Position numbers and translations under genes: made by a program. Below the pieces are notes generated by a model. That model did no database searches. It worked only from the letters and a program-made list of their open reading frames with translations, and was not told where the DNA came from. A stretch of DNA of 64,000 nucleotides, from positions 1,600,001-1,664,000 of the forward strand of contig CAVRVY010000004.1 in assembly GCA_963724765.1 (NCBI GenBank), given 5' to 3'. Position 1 is the stretch's first letter. Every line of letters starts with the position of its first letter. Below, piece after piece: positions 10,356-19,945 of this stretch. The stretch comes from an uncultured delta proteobacterium. GTDB lineage: Bacteria > Desulfobacterota > Binatia > Binatales > Binataceae.

Positions 10356-11390
10356 TTAAAGATCCAAGACGAGCAATGACGATCGCGATCGCGCACAGCA
10401 GATCAACACGTATTCGCGTCGTTCGTGATCGTCCAGAAGATAATCGCGGTGTTCTGGCTCCCCTTCGAGGTAGCGCGTACGGCAAGTGCCACAGAGGCCG
10501 GTCTCACAGGAAGTCGCGACGTCGACGCCATGTTCGCGAAGAACCTGCACAATGGACTTATCGTCTGGAACGTTAAGGATGATACCAGAGCTTGCCAATT
10601 TGATGCGGAACCCTCGCCTGCCACCGGTGCTCGCACTTCCCTCTCGAGTCACCGTCTCAGCCGATAACGAGGTAAATAGCTCGAAGTGGACGTCGCTTTT
10701 CGGCCAATGAGTCGCCCCCGCACGCACGGCGGCGATGAATCCGGCGGGTCCACAAGCATAAAGATGAATTCCCGGGCGGTGCTCCGCAAGCAGGCGTCGA
10801 ATATTCAATCCATTCGCCGGCACACCACCGTCATAATGAAAGATGACGTTGTTGTGATCAGCTGCTAGGCTAGTGATCTCGCTCTTGAACGCTGTCCGCG
10901 CCGGGCTCCGCGTACAATAATGAAGCTGAAAAGCAGCGCCAGCGCGACGCAGTTGATAGATCATCGCCATCACAGGTGTAATCCCAATACCCCCGGCCAA
11001 GAGCAAGTGAAAGTTGGCGTCCTCATGAAGCGGAAAATTGTTGCGCGGCTGTGATATCGTCAGGATGCGTCCGACGTGGACGCGATCAAATATCGCTTTT
11101 GATCCGCCACGCCCGTCGGCTTCCCGCTGAACTGCGAACATATAGTGCGATCGCTCCATAGGGTCGTTGCAGAGCGAGTATTGGCGAACCCGGCCGTCGC
11201 GAAAAAAAACATCTATGTGCGAACCGGCGGTGAATGCGGGCAAATCCTTACCGTCCGGATCGACCACTTCATAGGCATTGATCCAGTCGGCCTGGTAAAT
11301 GATTGAGCGGACGCGCACCCGGAGGCGGTAAGCATCCGCTGATGCGGCTTGGATCGTAAGGTCGTCGGCGTGGTGATCCGAATTATTCAT
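10356..11390 (-). CDS. PDR/VanB-family oxygenase reductase (FMN, NAD, C-terminal 2Fe-2S)
   Basis: Motifs RQYSLCN, GRGGS, AGGIGITP, YACGP and CETGLCGTC...CC. Confidence 0.92.
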   Translation of the reverse strand: MNNSDHHADDLTIQAASADAYRLRVRVRSIIYQADWINAYEVVDPDGKDLPAFTAGSHIDVFFRDGRVRQYSLCNDPMERSHYMFAVQREADGRGGSKAIFDRVHVGRILTISQPRNNFPLHEDANFHLLLAGGIGITPVMAMIYQLRRAGAAFQLHYCTRSPARTAFKSEITSLAADHNNVIFHYDGGVPANGLNIRRLLAEHRPGIHLYACGPAGFIAAVRAGATHWPKSDVHFELFTSLSAETVTREGSASTGGRRGFRIKLASSGIILNVPDDKSIVQVLREHGVDVATSCETGLCGTCRTRYLEGEPEHRDYLLDDHERREYVLICCARSRSSLLVLDL

Positions 11391-11442
11391 AGCTCCGCCC
11401 GGCGTTGCTAAAGGCGTCAAAGGTGTGCATAATTCACAACAA

Positions 11443-11470
11443 TAATATTGAAATTAACAATTTTTGTTGC
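11443..11470 (-). promoter_or_regulatory. Copy of the shared operator motif upstream of the reductase
   Basis: taatattgaaattaacaatttttgttgc matches 5611-5638 at 21 of 28 positions. Confidence 0.6.
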
Positions 11471-12065
11471 GCGAATCAACATCACCAGGCGTTGATGGAA
11501 CATGCAAAAGGAGGGGGGAAGATAGCGGATTCAGCCGATCAGTGTCCGAACGCTCGATTTTCAAATGCGTGACCTGACCGAGGATTCTTGAGCCGGCGGA
11601 AGTGAGGAAGAATCGAGACAAGGATAACAGCTGGTACGTCAATGATCCGTTGCCTCCCGATAGCAGGAATATTGTGCGATTCGACTGTCACCAGCATCCC
11701 ATCGTCGTTTGGCTTTAGCGCCAGACTCCCGTGGGACGTCGCGCTATCCTGTTATAGGAGCAGGGCCCAGCGTATGGCCGATACTTCCCCAATCGGGTTG
11801 GGGCGATGGGAATTACCGACGTCGTCCGGCACCCGATCGTCTGAACGCTTTGGCCTCGGGGTTCGACGTGGTTACCGCGCGACCCTCCATTCGCATAGGG
11901 TAGGGATCCTCATTCTCGAAACATCGTGAAATCGAAGACCGCTTGCGGATGATGCTCGGCATTCGGCGCGTTCCTTTGAACCTCAAGATCTGGTCGCTGA
12001 CGAAACTCCGCAATAGATTGAAATTTGAGTAGCGACAGCCGTCGTTACTCGAGCACTGCGTTCGG

Positions 12066-14906
12066 TCATTTCCGTCGCGCGATGTAGAATGCTTCGGGCG
12101 CCGGGCGATAAACGCGCGCCAGCCAGAGCGGACGCCGCAGCCCGCCGGGACCAGGCGCCGCGCGCGTCATCTCGAGCCATCGGCGATATACCTCGTGCGA
12201 CTTGCGCGTGTCGACGAAGATGTCGCCGTAGCGATCCTGAGGTCCCGCCGTGGCGACCGTGACTTTCTGATGCCAGCAGTGCTGGCCACTTATCGGGTCG
12301 GGCTGCACAGGGAAGATCAGGTTCTGATGCACGCCGGCGTCCTGCCACCAGATGCGGCCCGAGTCCGGGTCGGCGCTCTTAAACGGCCGCACGCCATGCA
12401 CCTGGCGCATCATCCACGTGCCCTCCTCCTTATGGCTCAGCTCGACCAGTCCGCTCGACCATCGCTCTCCGCCTTCATCCTCCTTGAGCCGCCAGCGGCC
12501 GAGATGATGCGAGCAGGCGATCACGCCCGGCCGAATCGATTCGGTCACCCAGACCTTGTCGATGAAATAGCCAATCTCGGTCGCGACCCTCAGCAGGCCG
12601 CCGGTGTCGACGCCGAAGCGCCGCGCGTCCTGCGGATTCAGCCACAGCGGATTGCGATTGGATATTTCGTATAGCCACTTGGCATTGCCGGAGCGCGTAT
12701 GTACCAGCGTCGGGAGACGAAAAGTCGGCAGCAGCAGCATCTCGCCGCGCTCCCGATCGATATTGCTCCAGTGGACCTGGCTCCTTATGTAGGTGGGAAC
12801 CGAGTACTCGGGCCATTTCCAGTCTTTCAGCGTCTTCGAATAGAACTCCAGCTTGCGCGACGGCGTGGGAAAGCCGGCGCAGGCGCGGCCGTCGATCTCG
12901 ACTCCGACCGCAGCCCCGCCGCGCGTGATGACCTTGCTCGCCGGGTCGACCGCCGCGCCTTTCAGATCGTCCGCCGAGAGCGGTTTTTCGTGAACCCGGT
13001 AGGAGCCCTCTTCGATCAGGAAGGCGCCGTACTTGCGCATGTAGGCAAGCGGCGCGAGCCCTTCCTTGGCCGCCGCCGCGGGCAGGCCGGGCACGCTGTT
13101 CTCGAAGATCCAGCGATAGAAATCCTCGACCGTCAGCTTTTCGCCCGCGCGATACGGCGACTCGAAGTACTTGCGGATACCGAGCGCGCCGTCGGGATCG
13201 ATTCTCCATGACAGCTCGATCCAGAACTCGTCCTCCTCCCAGACCTCGCCCAGGCCGGCCTCGCGATGGGCCTCGTAGGTGAAGTTGAAACGCTTGCCCG
13301 CGCGCTCCAGCGCGACCCGCGCGACCGGCTGCCGAAAGCCAATCCATCGCGCGGCGTGAGTCTCCTGGCTCAGCAGGTCATGGCGCTCCGGCCCATGGCC
13401 CATCGGCAGCACATAGTCGGCGAATTGCGCGGTCTCGCTCCAGATCGGCGTAAGACAGGCGTGCTGTTCGATTTTGCTCTCGTCGGTGAGCGCCTCGATC
13501 CAGCTCATCCCGTCGGGATTGGTCCAGACGGGATTGTAGACGCGAGTGAAGTACGTGCTTACCTTGCCGCGGCCCTCTTTCAGAAAATGCGGGAGTAGAA
13601 AACTCATCTCGAAAAACGCGAGCGGGAACTCGCGCGGCCACATCAGCTCGTTCCACATTCGTGACGGCGGCGGCATCATCGGCGGCGCCGGCACGAACTT
13701 GTTGGCGGAGTTGGGCGCGGTGCCGCCGGGTGCATCGACCGCGCCCATCAGGACCACCAGCAGCTCGAGCGCGCGCGCCACCTGCCATCCGCCCAGGTTG
13801 CCCGCCGCCGCGTTACGCCAGACGTGGGTCGCGAGCGCCGCTCCGGCGCGTCCAATCTCGCGCGCGACCTCGACGATTACCTTGGCCGGCGCGCCCGACT
13901 CGCGCTCGGCGAACTCGGGTGTGTATTGGGCATAGACCTCGCCGAGGACATCCAGGAACGTGTCGAAGGTCTGCGGGCGTTCCGGATGCTCTTCGCGCAG
14001 AAACTCCTCCCAGTTGACCCATCGGCGCACGAACTCGCGGTCGTACAGCCGCTCGCGCAGGATCACCTGGCACATGGCCAGCAGCACCGCCGCCTCGCTG
14101 CCCGGCCACGTCGACAGCCACCAGTCGGCCTTGGTCGCGGTGTTCGAAAGCCGCGTATCGATCACGCAGACCCGGGCTCCGCGCTCCTTGGCCTCGATAA
14201 TCCGCTGCGCGTGCGGATTGAAATAGTGGCCAGCCTCGAGGTGCGAGCTGAGCAGGAGAATGAAGCGGGCGTTGGCGTGGTCGGGCGACGGCCGATCGGC
14301 GCCGTGCCAGAACGCGTAGCCGGTGCGCGCGCCCGCCGAGCACACGTTCGTATGGCTGTTGTGCCCGTCGATTCCCCAGGCGTGCAGGATGCGCTGATTG
14401 TAAATCAGTTCATGGCCGGGGCGGCCGACGTGGTAGAGAATCTCGTTGCGGCGGCCATCGACCAGCGCACAGCGGATTCGCCCGGCGAGATCATCGAGCG
14501 CGTCGTCCCACGTCACGCGCTCCCACTTGCCTTCGCCGCGCCGCCCCGCACGCCGCATCGGGTAGAGGATGCGCTCGGGATCGGTGACCTGGTTGATCGT
14601 CGCGGGGCCCTTGGCGCAGTTGCGGCCGCGGCTTCCCGGATGCACCGGGTTGCCTTCGAACTTGCGGATTGTGAAGTCGCGCTTGTTGACGTATCCGAGC
14701 AGGCCACATCCGGCTTCGCAGTTGAAGCAGACGGTTGGCACCAGCGTGTAGTGCTGCTCGACCTTGCGTGGCCACGCGGCCGGGTCGTACTCGACCCAGT
14801 CGTCCCATCGTTCGGCCGGGGGAAACGCACTCAGCCCGCCGGCCGGCGCCTCGAGTTCCATCGCCGCCGGATTGAGCGGTCTCAATTCCTCTTTTGCCGC
14901 AGCCAT
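12066..14906 (-). CDS. DMSO-reductase-superfamily molybdopterin oxidoreductase, catalytic subunit (no Tat signal)
   Basis: 4Fe-4S motif CFNCEAGC...CAKG, HTNVCS, and C-terminal HTRS...LWLNPQDA. No RRxFLK at the N-terminus. Confidence 0.88.
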   Translation of the reverse strand: MAAAKEELRPLNPAAMELEAPAGGLSAFPPAERWDDWVEYDPAAWPRKVEQHYTLVPTVCFNCEAGCGLLGYVNKRDFTIRKFEGNPVHPGSRGRNCAKGPATINQVTDPERILYPMRRAGRRGEGKWERVTWDDALDDLAGRIRCALVDGRRNEILYHVGRPGHELIYNQRILHAWGIDGHNSHTNVCSAGARTGYAFWHGADRPSPDHANARFILLLSSHLEAGHYFNPHAQRIIEAKERGARVCVIDTRLSNTATKADWWLSTWPGSEAAVLLAMCQVILRERLYDREFVRRWVNWEEFLREEHPERPQTFDTFLDVLGEVYAQYTPEFAERESGAPAKVIVEVAREIGRAGAALATHVWRNAAAGNLGGWQVARALELLVVLMGAVDAPGGTAPNSANKFVPAPPMMPPPSRMWNELMWPREFPLAFFEMSFLLPHFLKEGRGKVSTYFTRVYNPVWTNPDGMSWIEALTDESKIEQHACLTPIWSETAQFADYVLPMGHGPERHDLLSQETHAARWIGFRQPVARVALERAGKRFNFTYEAHREAGLGEVWEEDEFWIELSWRIDPDGALGIRKYFESPYRAGEKLTVEDFYRWIFENSVPGLPAAAAKEGLAPLAYMRKYGAFLIEEGSYRVHEKPLSADDLKGAAVDPASKVITRGGAAVGVEIDGRACAGFPTPSRKLEFYSKTLKDWKWPEYSVPTYIRSQVHWSNIDRERGEMLLLPTFRLPTLVHTRSGNAKWLYEISNRNPLWLNPQDARRFGVDTGGLLRVATEIGYFIDKVWVTESIRPGVIACSHHLGRWRLKEDEGGERWSSGLVELSHKEEGTWMMRQVHGVRPFKSADPDSGRIWWQDAGVHQNLIFPVQPDPISGQHCWHQKVTVATAGPQDRYGDIFVDTRKSHEVYRRWLEMTRAAPGPGGLRRPLWLARVYRPAPEAFYIARRK

Positions 14907-14915
14907 CGTCGGATA

Positions 14916-15887
14916 CTAACTGAGCGGCACGGCCTGGCCGGCCTCTATCCACAGGTTCTCGAAGACCCATAGGCCGGCCAACGCGAGCATCGCCGCGCCG
15001 GCCGCCGGCGCGCCACCGCCTGTGCGCAGCGTCGTGCCGAGCAGAATCAGTGGAACGATCGTGCCGATCAAAACCACTCCGATCCAGAAGCGAAAGCTCA
15101 GGTCCCCGCGCGAGATGAGATCGGCGGCGCGCCTGAAGTCCTCGCTCATGGCGGGCAGCGTCAGCTCGATCAGGATCATCGCCAGGCCGACCGTCAGCGC
15201 TGCGAGCAGAACTCGCGCGGTCGCAAGAATCGTGGCGGGCCCCGCGCTGAACACCACCGCGGCGATTATCAACAACGCCGCACCGCCGATCAGCGCCTGC
15301 ACCAGCAGATGCCAGATGAAGACCGGGCTCTGCCACAAATCGCGCGCCTTGGCTTGCGCGAACAGAAAAGCGGAGTAGCACGCGGAGCCGATCGCGAAAA
15401 CCGCCGTCGCGACCGTCAGCGCCGAGGGAACCGAACCGGCAAACCAGGCGCAGGCGAGCCACACCGTTGCATGCGCGCCGTAAATCATCAGGATGTACGT
15501 GCCCCAGACCAGCCACGAGCGAAAGTTGGGCCTGGTGATCAAGTAGTAGAAACGCCACGGCTGCTTGAGGTCGGCGATCAGCAGCAGGACGGTGATGCCG
15601 AGGAAAAGCAGCGCAAGGATTGGGCTGACGACCCCCAGCAGCATCCCTTCTTCGGCCCCGCGCCACATTCCGAGCACCAGCGCCGCGACCATCAGCACCC
15701 CCGCCGCGATCGATTTGGTCCACAGATACGCGGCCGGGATCGCCCCCCACGGCGCCGCATGCGGGACGTCGTAAACGATGCGCGCCGAGCCGGGCGCTGC
15801 GTCGCCGGCGCTGGCGCCGGTGGCGGGACGGCCGTCGCCGAGCGGATTATGGTCGGCCCACATCGAGCTGTGCTCCGGCCGCATCAT
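14916..15887 (-). CDS. NrfD/PsrC-type membrane anchor; probably the C-terminal part of a fused FeS-NrfD gene
   Basis: Motifs PWG...YLWTKSIAAG, LIADLKQPWRF, SWLVWG and YSAFLFAQAKARDLWQSP. Several hydrophobic helices. Confidence 0.8.
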   Translation of the reverse strand: MMRPEHSSMWADHNPLGDGRPATGASAGDAAPGSARIVYDVPHAAPWGAIPAAYLWTKSIAAGVLMVAALVLGMWRGAEEGMLLGVVSPILALLFLGITVLLLIADLKQPWRFYYLITRPNFRSWLVWGTYILMIYGAHATVWLACAWFAGSVPSALTVATAVFAIGSACYSAFLFAQAKARDLWQSPVFIWHLLVQALIGGAALLIIAAVVFSAGPATILATARVLLAALTVGLAMILIELTLPAMSEDFRRAADLISRGDLSFRFWIGVVLIGTIVPLILLGTTLRTGGGAPAAGAAMLALAGLWVFENLWIEAGQAVPLS

Positions 15888-16449
15888 CGAGGGTTGCAGC
15901 AGGTCGCCCTCGATGCCGACGTAAAAGAGCTTGGGCTGCGCGCACCTTGTGCGCCTTGCGCGTTGCGACCTTTCCGGTGGCGACGATACGGCTGACGCAG
16001 CTTTGCGGATCGTCGAGGTCGCCGGTCATGATTGCCTGCGTCGGACATACGACGACGCAGGCCGGTTCGAGATTGGCTTCGACGCGATGCGCGCAGAAGT
16101 TGCACTTGGCCGCGGTGCTGGTAGCTGGATCGATGTAAAGCGCGTCATAGGGACAGGCTTGCATGCAGGATTTGCATCCGATGCAACGGCTGTTGTCGAA
16201 ATCAACGATGCCGTTGTCGCGCTTGAACAGCGCGCTGGTTGGACAAATCTCGATGCATGGCGCCTGCTCGCAATGATTGCAGCGCATCACGCCGAAATGG
16301 CGGCTGGTGTCGGGAAAGGAGCCTTTCTCGATGTACTTGACCCAGGTGCGGAAAACGCCCACCGGGACCTTATGCTCGTCCTTGCAGGCAACCGTGCACG
16401 CATGGCATCCGATGCATCGGTCCTGGTCGATCACGAAGCCGTAACGCAC
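15847..16449 (-). CDS. DmsB/NrfC-type 4x[4Fe-4S] subunit; frameshifted near 15944 into the NrfD frame
   Basis: Motifs CIGCHACTVAC, CNHCEQAPC, CIGCKSCMQACP and KCNFC. Removing one base near 15944 gives a continuous ...RKAHKGAQPKLFYVGIEGDLLQPSMMRPEH. Confidence 0.85.
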   Translation of the reverse strand: MRYGFVIDQDRCIGCHACTVACKDEHKVPVGVFRTWVKYIEKGSFPDTSRHFGVMRCNHCEQAPCIEICPTSALFKRDNGIVDFDNSRCIGCKSCMQACPYDALYIDPATSTAAKCNFCAHRVEANLEPACVVVCPTQAIMTGDLDDPQSCVSRIVATGKVATRKAHKVRAAQALLRRHRGRPAATLDDAAGAQLDVGRP

Positions 16450-16698
16450 GTTGAGCCTACTTGAGCGTACATGGTTAGCCGCTTACCTGATCCGAAACGT
16501 TTTGCAAATCTGGCTCATTTGCGATCTGTCGGGGACCGCTACTGTTCTTATGGCCCGTTCAGGTGCAACCGCGTCGCCCGATTGCCGACAATGCCTAAGA
16601 AAACTTGTCGCGTCGACTTTTCAATAAGCGTCCACTGTCCACAGCTGGCGCGGAACGCCAATCTTTGTGCGATTATTCTAATATCAAAATATTGTTTC

Positions 16699-16742
16699 CT
16701 ACAATCAAAATTGTTGACTTCGCAATTCAACTATCGTAAAGA
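16699..16742 (+). promoter_or_regulatory. Promoter/operator motif upstream of amidohydrolase copy 1
   Basis: caatcaaaattgTTGACTtcgcaatt (16702-16727) is identical to the reverse complement of 5612-5637. TTGACT-17nt-TAAAGA. Confidence 0.72.
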
Positions 16743-16925
16743 AAAATATCGCTGATTTCACCGGACTGCAAACTCATCATTTGCCGGAGAAACAGCATCG
16801 GCGCTATGAGCCCAGCGCTCTCACGCGAAGGTAGGCGTATTATGCCGTTAAGGCTCGCTATTACTGGCACAATCTGCTCAAGGCTTTGGGATGAATCAGG
16901 GCCGTCACATCCACTGTGGCACATT

Positions 16926-18478
16926 ATGAGGCATTTTAGTTGGGTGAGATAGAACCGCATTTAAAACAATTCGAGCAACAGAGAACCATCAAGCAGAAGA
17001 GACAGGTAATTGTCATGGAGAAAGCCAAAACGAAGTCGCAGAAGGTACGGGAGAAGCTGACCCACCCTGTCATCGACTCCGATGGACATACGGTTGAATG
17101 TGAATCGGCGTTCCTGGAGTACCTCAAGGATGTTGGCGGCTCCGGAATGGTTGATCGCTACAAAGACACCGATATCTACGGGGCCTTTGTGGATGTTCGG
17201 GGCGATGGCTGGTACCACCTGAGTCCGGAAGATCGAATGTATGGTCGGGTTACGCGGCGAAATTGGTGGGTAGTGCCAGCAGAGAATACGTTGGATCGTG
17301 CGACCGCGAGCCTACCCAAGCTGCTGTACGAGCGCTTGCCGGAAACCGGTATCGACTTTGCCGTACTCTACACCACCCTCGGGTTGGCCTTCCCGAATAT
17401 TCCGAATGATGAACTCAGGCAAGTCTGCTGCCGAGCGCTAAACAGGTACAACTACGATATTTTCAAGGAATACTCCGACCGGCTGACGCCGTCTGCCGTT
17501 ATCCCGATGAATACTCCGCAGGAGGCGATTGCCGAACTGGAGTACGCGATCAAAGGGCTCGGGATGAAGTCGATCATGATGGCGAGCCATGCGCGGCGTC
17601 CGATCCCGATCGTGGCGGAAAAGTTCCCCGAAGCGGCGCGCTACGCGACCTGGATCGATAATTTCGTCATCGACAGCCTCTATGACTACGACCCTGTGTG
17701 GGCGAAGTGCGTCGAACTCAAAGTGTGTCCAACCCACCATTCAGGGACGATGGGTGTCGGCACGCGGGCCACGGTGACGAACTACATGTACAACCACATC
17801 GGGCACTTCGCGCAGGCTGGAGAGGGACTGGCAAAGGCGCTCTTCATGGGCGGTGTCACGCGGCGGTTCCCGACGCTAAAGTTCGCATTCCTCGAAGGCG
17901 GAGTGTCCTGGGGATGCAGTCTATACGCTGATCTGATCGGGCATTGGGAAAAGCGCAACGGCAAGCGGATCGAGACGTATAACCCAGCGAATCTCGACCG
18001 CGCACTCTATGTCGATCTGTTCAGGAAGTACGGCGGCAACAAGCTGGGCAAAGACACCATAATCGCAAGCTTGATGGAGAATTCGATACTCTACCGGAAC
18101 CTCGAAGATTCCTCGACGCTGCGCGACGAGTGGGCACCGGCGAAGATCGAGAGCTTGGAGGACTTCCGCGAGTTGTTCGTGAAGCCATTCTACTTCGGTT
18201 GCGAGGCTGACGACCCAACCAACGCCTGGGCATTCGACGCCAAACGCAACCCACTGCATTCGAAGCTAAAGCCAGTGTTCAGCTCGGATATCGGCCACTG
18301 GGACGTCCCCGATATTACCGAGGTAACCGAAGAAGCACACGAAATGGTCGAGCATGGCCTAATTAGCGAAGAAGATTTTCGCGAGTTTGTGTTCGTTAAT
18401 CCGACGCACCTGTGGACCGACATGAACCCAAACTTCTTCGACGGCACCGTAGTCGAACACGCGGTAAATAAACTCATG
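16926..18478 (+). repeat. Left arm of a ~1.5-kb inverted duplication (partner 24521-26075)
   Basis: Direct comparison of the ends, plus identical alternative-frame ORFs in both arms (17438..17740 = 25259..25561; 17921..18259 = 24740..25078). Confidence 0.95.
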
Positions 18479-18517
18479 GCCTTGGCTCCTCACAATGAGT
18501 CGAAGATCAATTTATAG
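16940..18517 (+). CDS. Amidohydrolase_2 family protein, copy 1
   Basis: Motifs HPVIDSDGHTVE, FLEGGVSW and FSSDIGHWD. Start is either TTG 16940 (GAGG 8 nt upstream) or ATG 17015. Confidence 0.88.
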   Translation: MGEIEPHLKQFEQQRTIKQKRQVIVMEKAKTKSQKVREKLTHPVIDSDGHTVECESAFLEYLKDVGGSGMVDRYKDTDIYGAFVDVRGDGWYHLSPEDRMYGRVTRRNWWVVPAENTLDRATASLPKLLYERLPETGIDFAVLYTTLGLAFPNIPNDELRQVCCRALNRYNYDIFKEYSDRLTPSAVIPMNTPQEAIAELEYAIKGLGMKSIMMASHARRPIPIVAEKFPEAARYATWIDNFVIDSLYDYDPVWAKCVELKVCPTHHSGTMGVGTRATVTNYMYNHIGHFAQAGEGLAKALFMGGVTRRFPTLKFAFLEGGVSWGCSLYADLIGHWEKRNGKRIETYNPANLDRALYVDLFRKYGGNKLGKDTIIASLMENSILYRNLEDSSTLRDEWAPAKIESLEDFRELFVKPFYFGCEADDPTNAWAFDAKRNPLHSKLKPVFSSDIGHWDVPDITEVTEEAHEMVEHGLISEEDFREFVFVNPTHLWTDMNPNFFDGTVVEHAVNKLMALAPHNESKINL

Positions 18518-18621
18518 CCGGCGGTAACGTGAACATTTATGGGTAAGCAGCGAGGTTCATCTAACGCCCGGATACAGTGTTTTCGATTCTGGTAGAAGAC
18601 AAAAAGCAGGAGTGATTCACC

Positions 18622-19482
18622 ATGGAATCGAAGCAACTCGACGTTCTCAATTCATATATCCACTACCGTGAAGAGGGATCAGGAGGCCCCATCGTCTTTC
18701 TCCACGGCAACCCCACGTCATCTTATCTTTGGCGCAACGTAATGCCGCATCTCTCTGACCAGGGGCGCTGCTTGGCTCCGGACCTGATAGGCTTCGGCCG
18801 CTCGGGTAAACCACCGATCGAGTACCGATTTGTCGACCATGCGCGGTACCTCGAGGCATGGTTCGAATCGATGGGGCTCAAGCGCGTTACCCTAGTCTTG
18901 CACGATTGGGGTGCCACGCTCGGCTGCGACTGGGCTCGACGCCATCCCGAGCGCGTCAGTGCGATTGCCTTTATGGAAGGCTTACTGCGTGAGTTTCGTT
19001 GGGACGAGTTTACCGACGAAGTGCAGATCATTTGGCCGATCAAAGACTGCCGCACTCCCGGGGTCGGTGAAAAGCTTATCATCGACGATAACCATTTCAT
19101 TGAAAAGATGTTGCCGGGTTGGACAATGCGAAAGCTCAGCGATGCTGAGATGAACGTTTATCGCGAACCATTTGTTAAGCCCGCGGACCGAAAGCCGATC
19201 TACCAATGGCCCAATGAAGTGCCGATCGAGGGAAGACCCGCCGACGTTGTGGCGGTTGTGGAAGAGAACCGGTCCTATCTAGGCTTGACTCTCGTACCGA
19301 AACTGCTGCTCACTTTCGAACCGGGTGTTTTGATAGGGCCCAAGGATGTTGAAAGGTACCGCGGCGAATTCGCCAATTTGGAGGTTCGCCCGGCTGGGAA
19401 GGGTTTGCACTACGTGCAAGAGGACGAACCGGAAACGATTGGCAGAGCGATAGCCGACTGGCGCAGACGCAAGCTCAGTTAG
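18622..19482 (+). CDS. dhaA: Haloalkane dehalogenase (HLD-II, DhaA-like)
   Basis: FLHGNPTSSYLWRN, nucleophile HDWG, acid FME, base GLHYVQED. RBS AGGAG. Confidence 0.88.
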   Translation: MESKQLDVLNSYIHYREEGSGGPIVFLHGNPTSSYLWRNVMPHLSDQGRCLAPDLIGFGRSGKPPIEYRFVDHARYLEAWFESMGLKRVTLVLHDWGATLGCDWARRHPERVSAIAFMEGLLREFRWDEFTDEVQIIWPIKDCRTPGVGEKLIIDDNHFIEKMLPGWTMRKLSDAEMNVYREPFVKPADRKPIYQWPNEVPIEGRPADVVAVVEENRSYLGLTLVPKLLLTFEPGVLIGPKDVERYRGEFANLEVRPAGKGLHYVQEDEPETIGRAIADWRRRKLS

Positions 19483-19945
19483 AGCTCTCAGCCGATATTG
19501 CTCTTCATGGCAGCATTGGACAGAGGCGTATAAAGTGTTCCCAGCCGATGATGACCTCAGTCATGGGCGCGTTCGCTCTCGACCAGCCGGTTTGGTGATA
19601 ACCTTAGGAAATGGCGCACCAAATCGGCGGGGCTTAAGTCATCGCAAGGTGAATCTACGCCGTGTCCTTCACCGAATCGCTGAGAAAACCCCCTCGACCA
19701 AATTGCCAGTCGAGGCAGTAATGGATAAACCTTGCAGGATCATCGCGACGATCCATCATTTTTTCAGAGTCAGTTGGTACCTGTGCACCAAACATAGACG
19801 ACCCGCTTGTCTTGGGCGCGACAATTCTCGCTGCGGGCTGCAAGCGGCGACGCTCGGTCGGCTTGCACCATTGCCAGGGGTGATATGGATTCATGATTGC
19901 CCCGCCGCGCTGTGGAGCAAAACTTGGAAGAGCAGCTAGGTCATT

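Noticed and set aside
12195-15995. Long alternative-frame ORFs (e.g. 13824..14972, 14491..15750, 12475..13347)
   Set aside because: Shadow ORFs of high-GC genes: Arg/Ala/Gly-rich, no motifs, fully overlapping well-supported CDSs.
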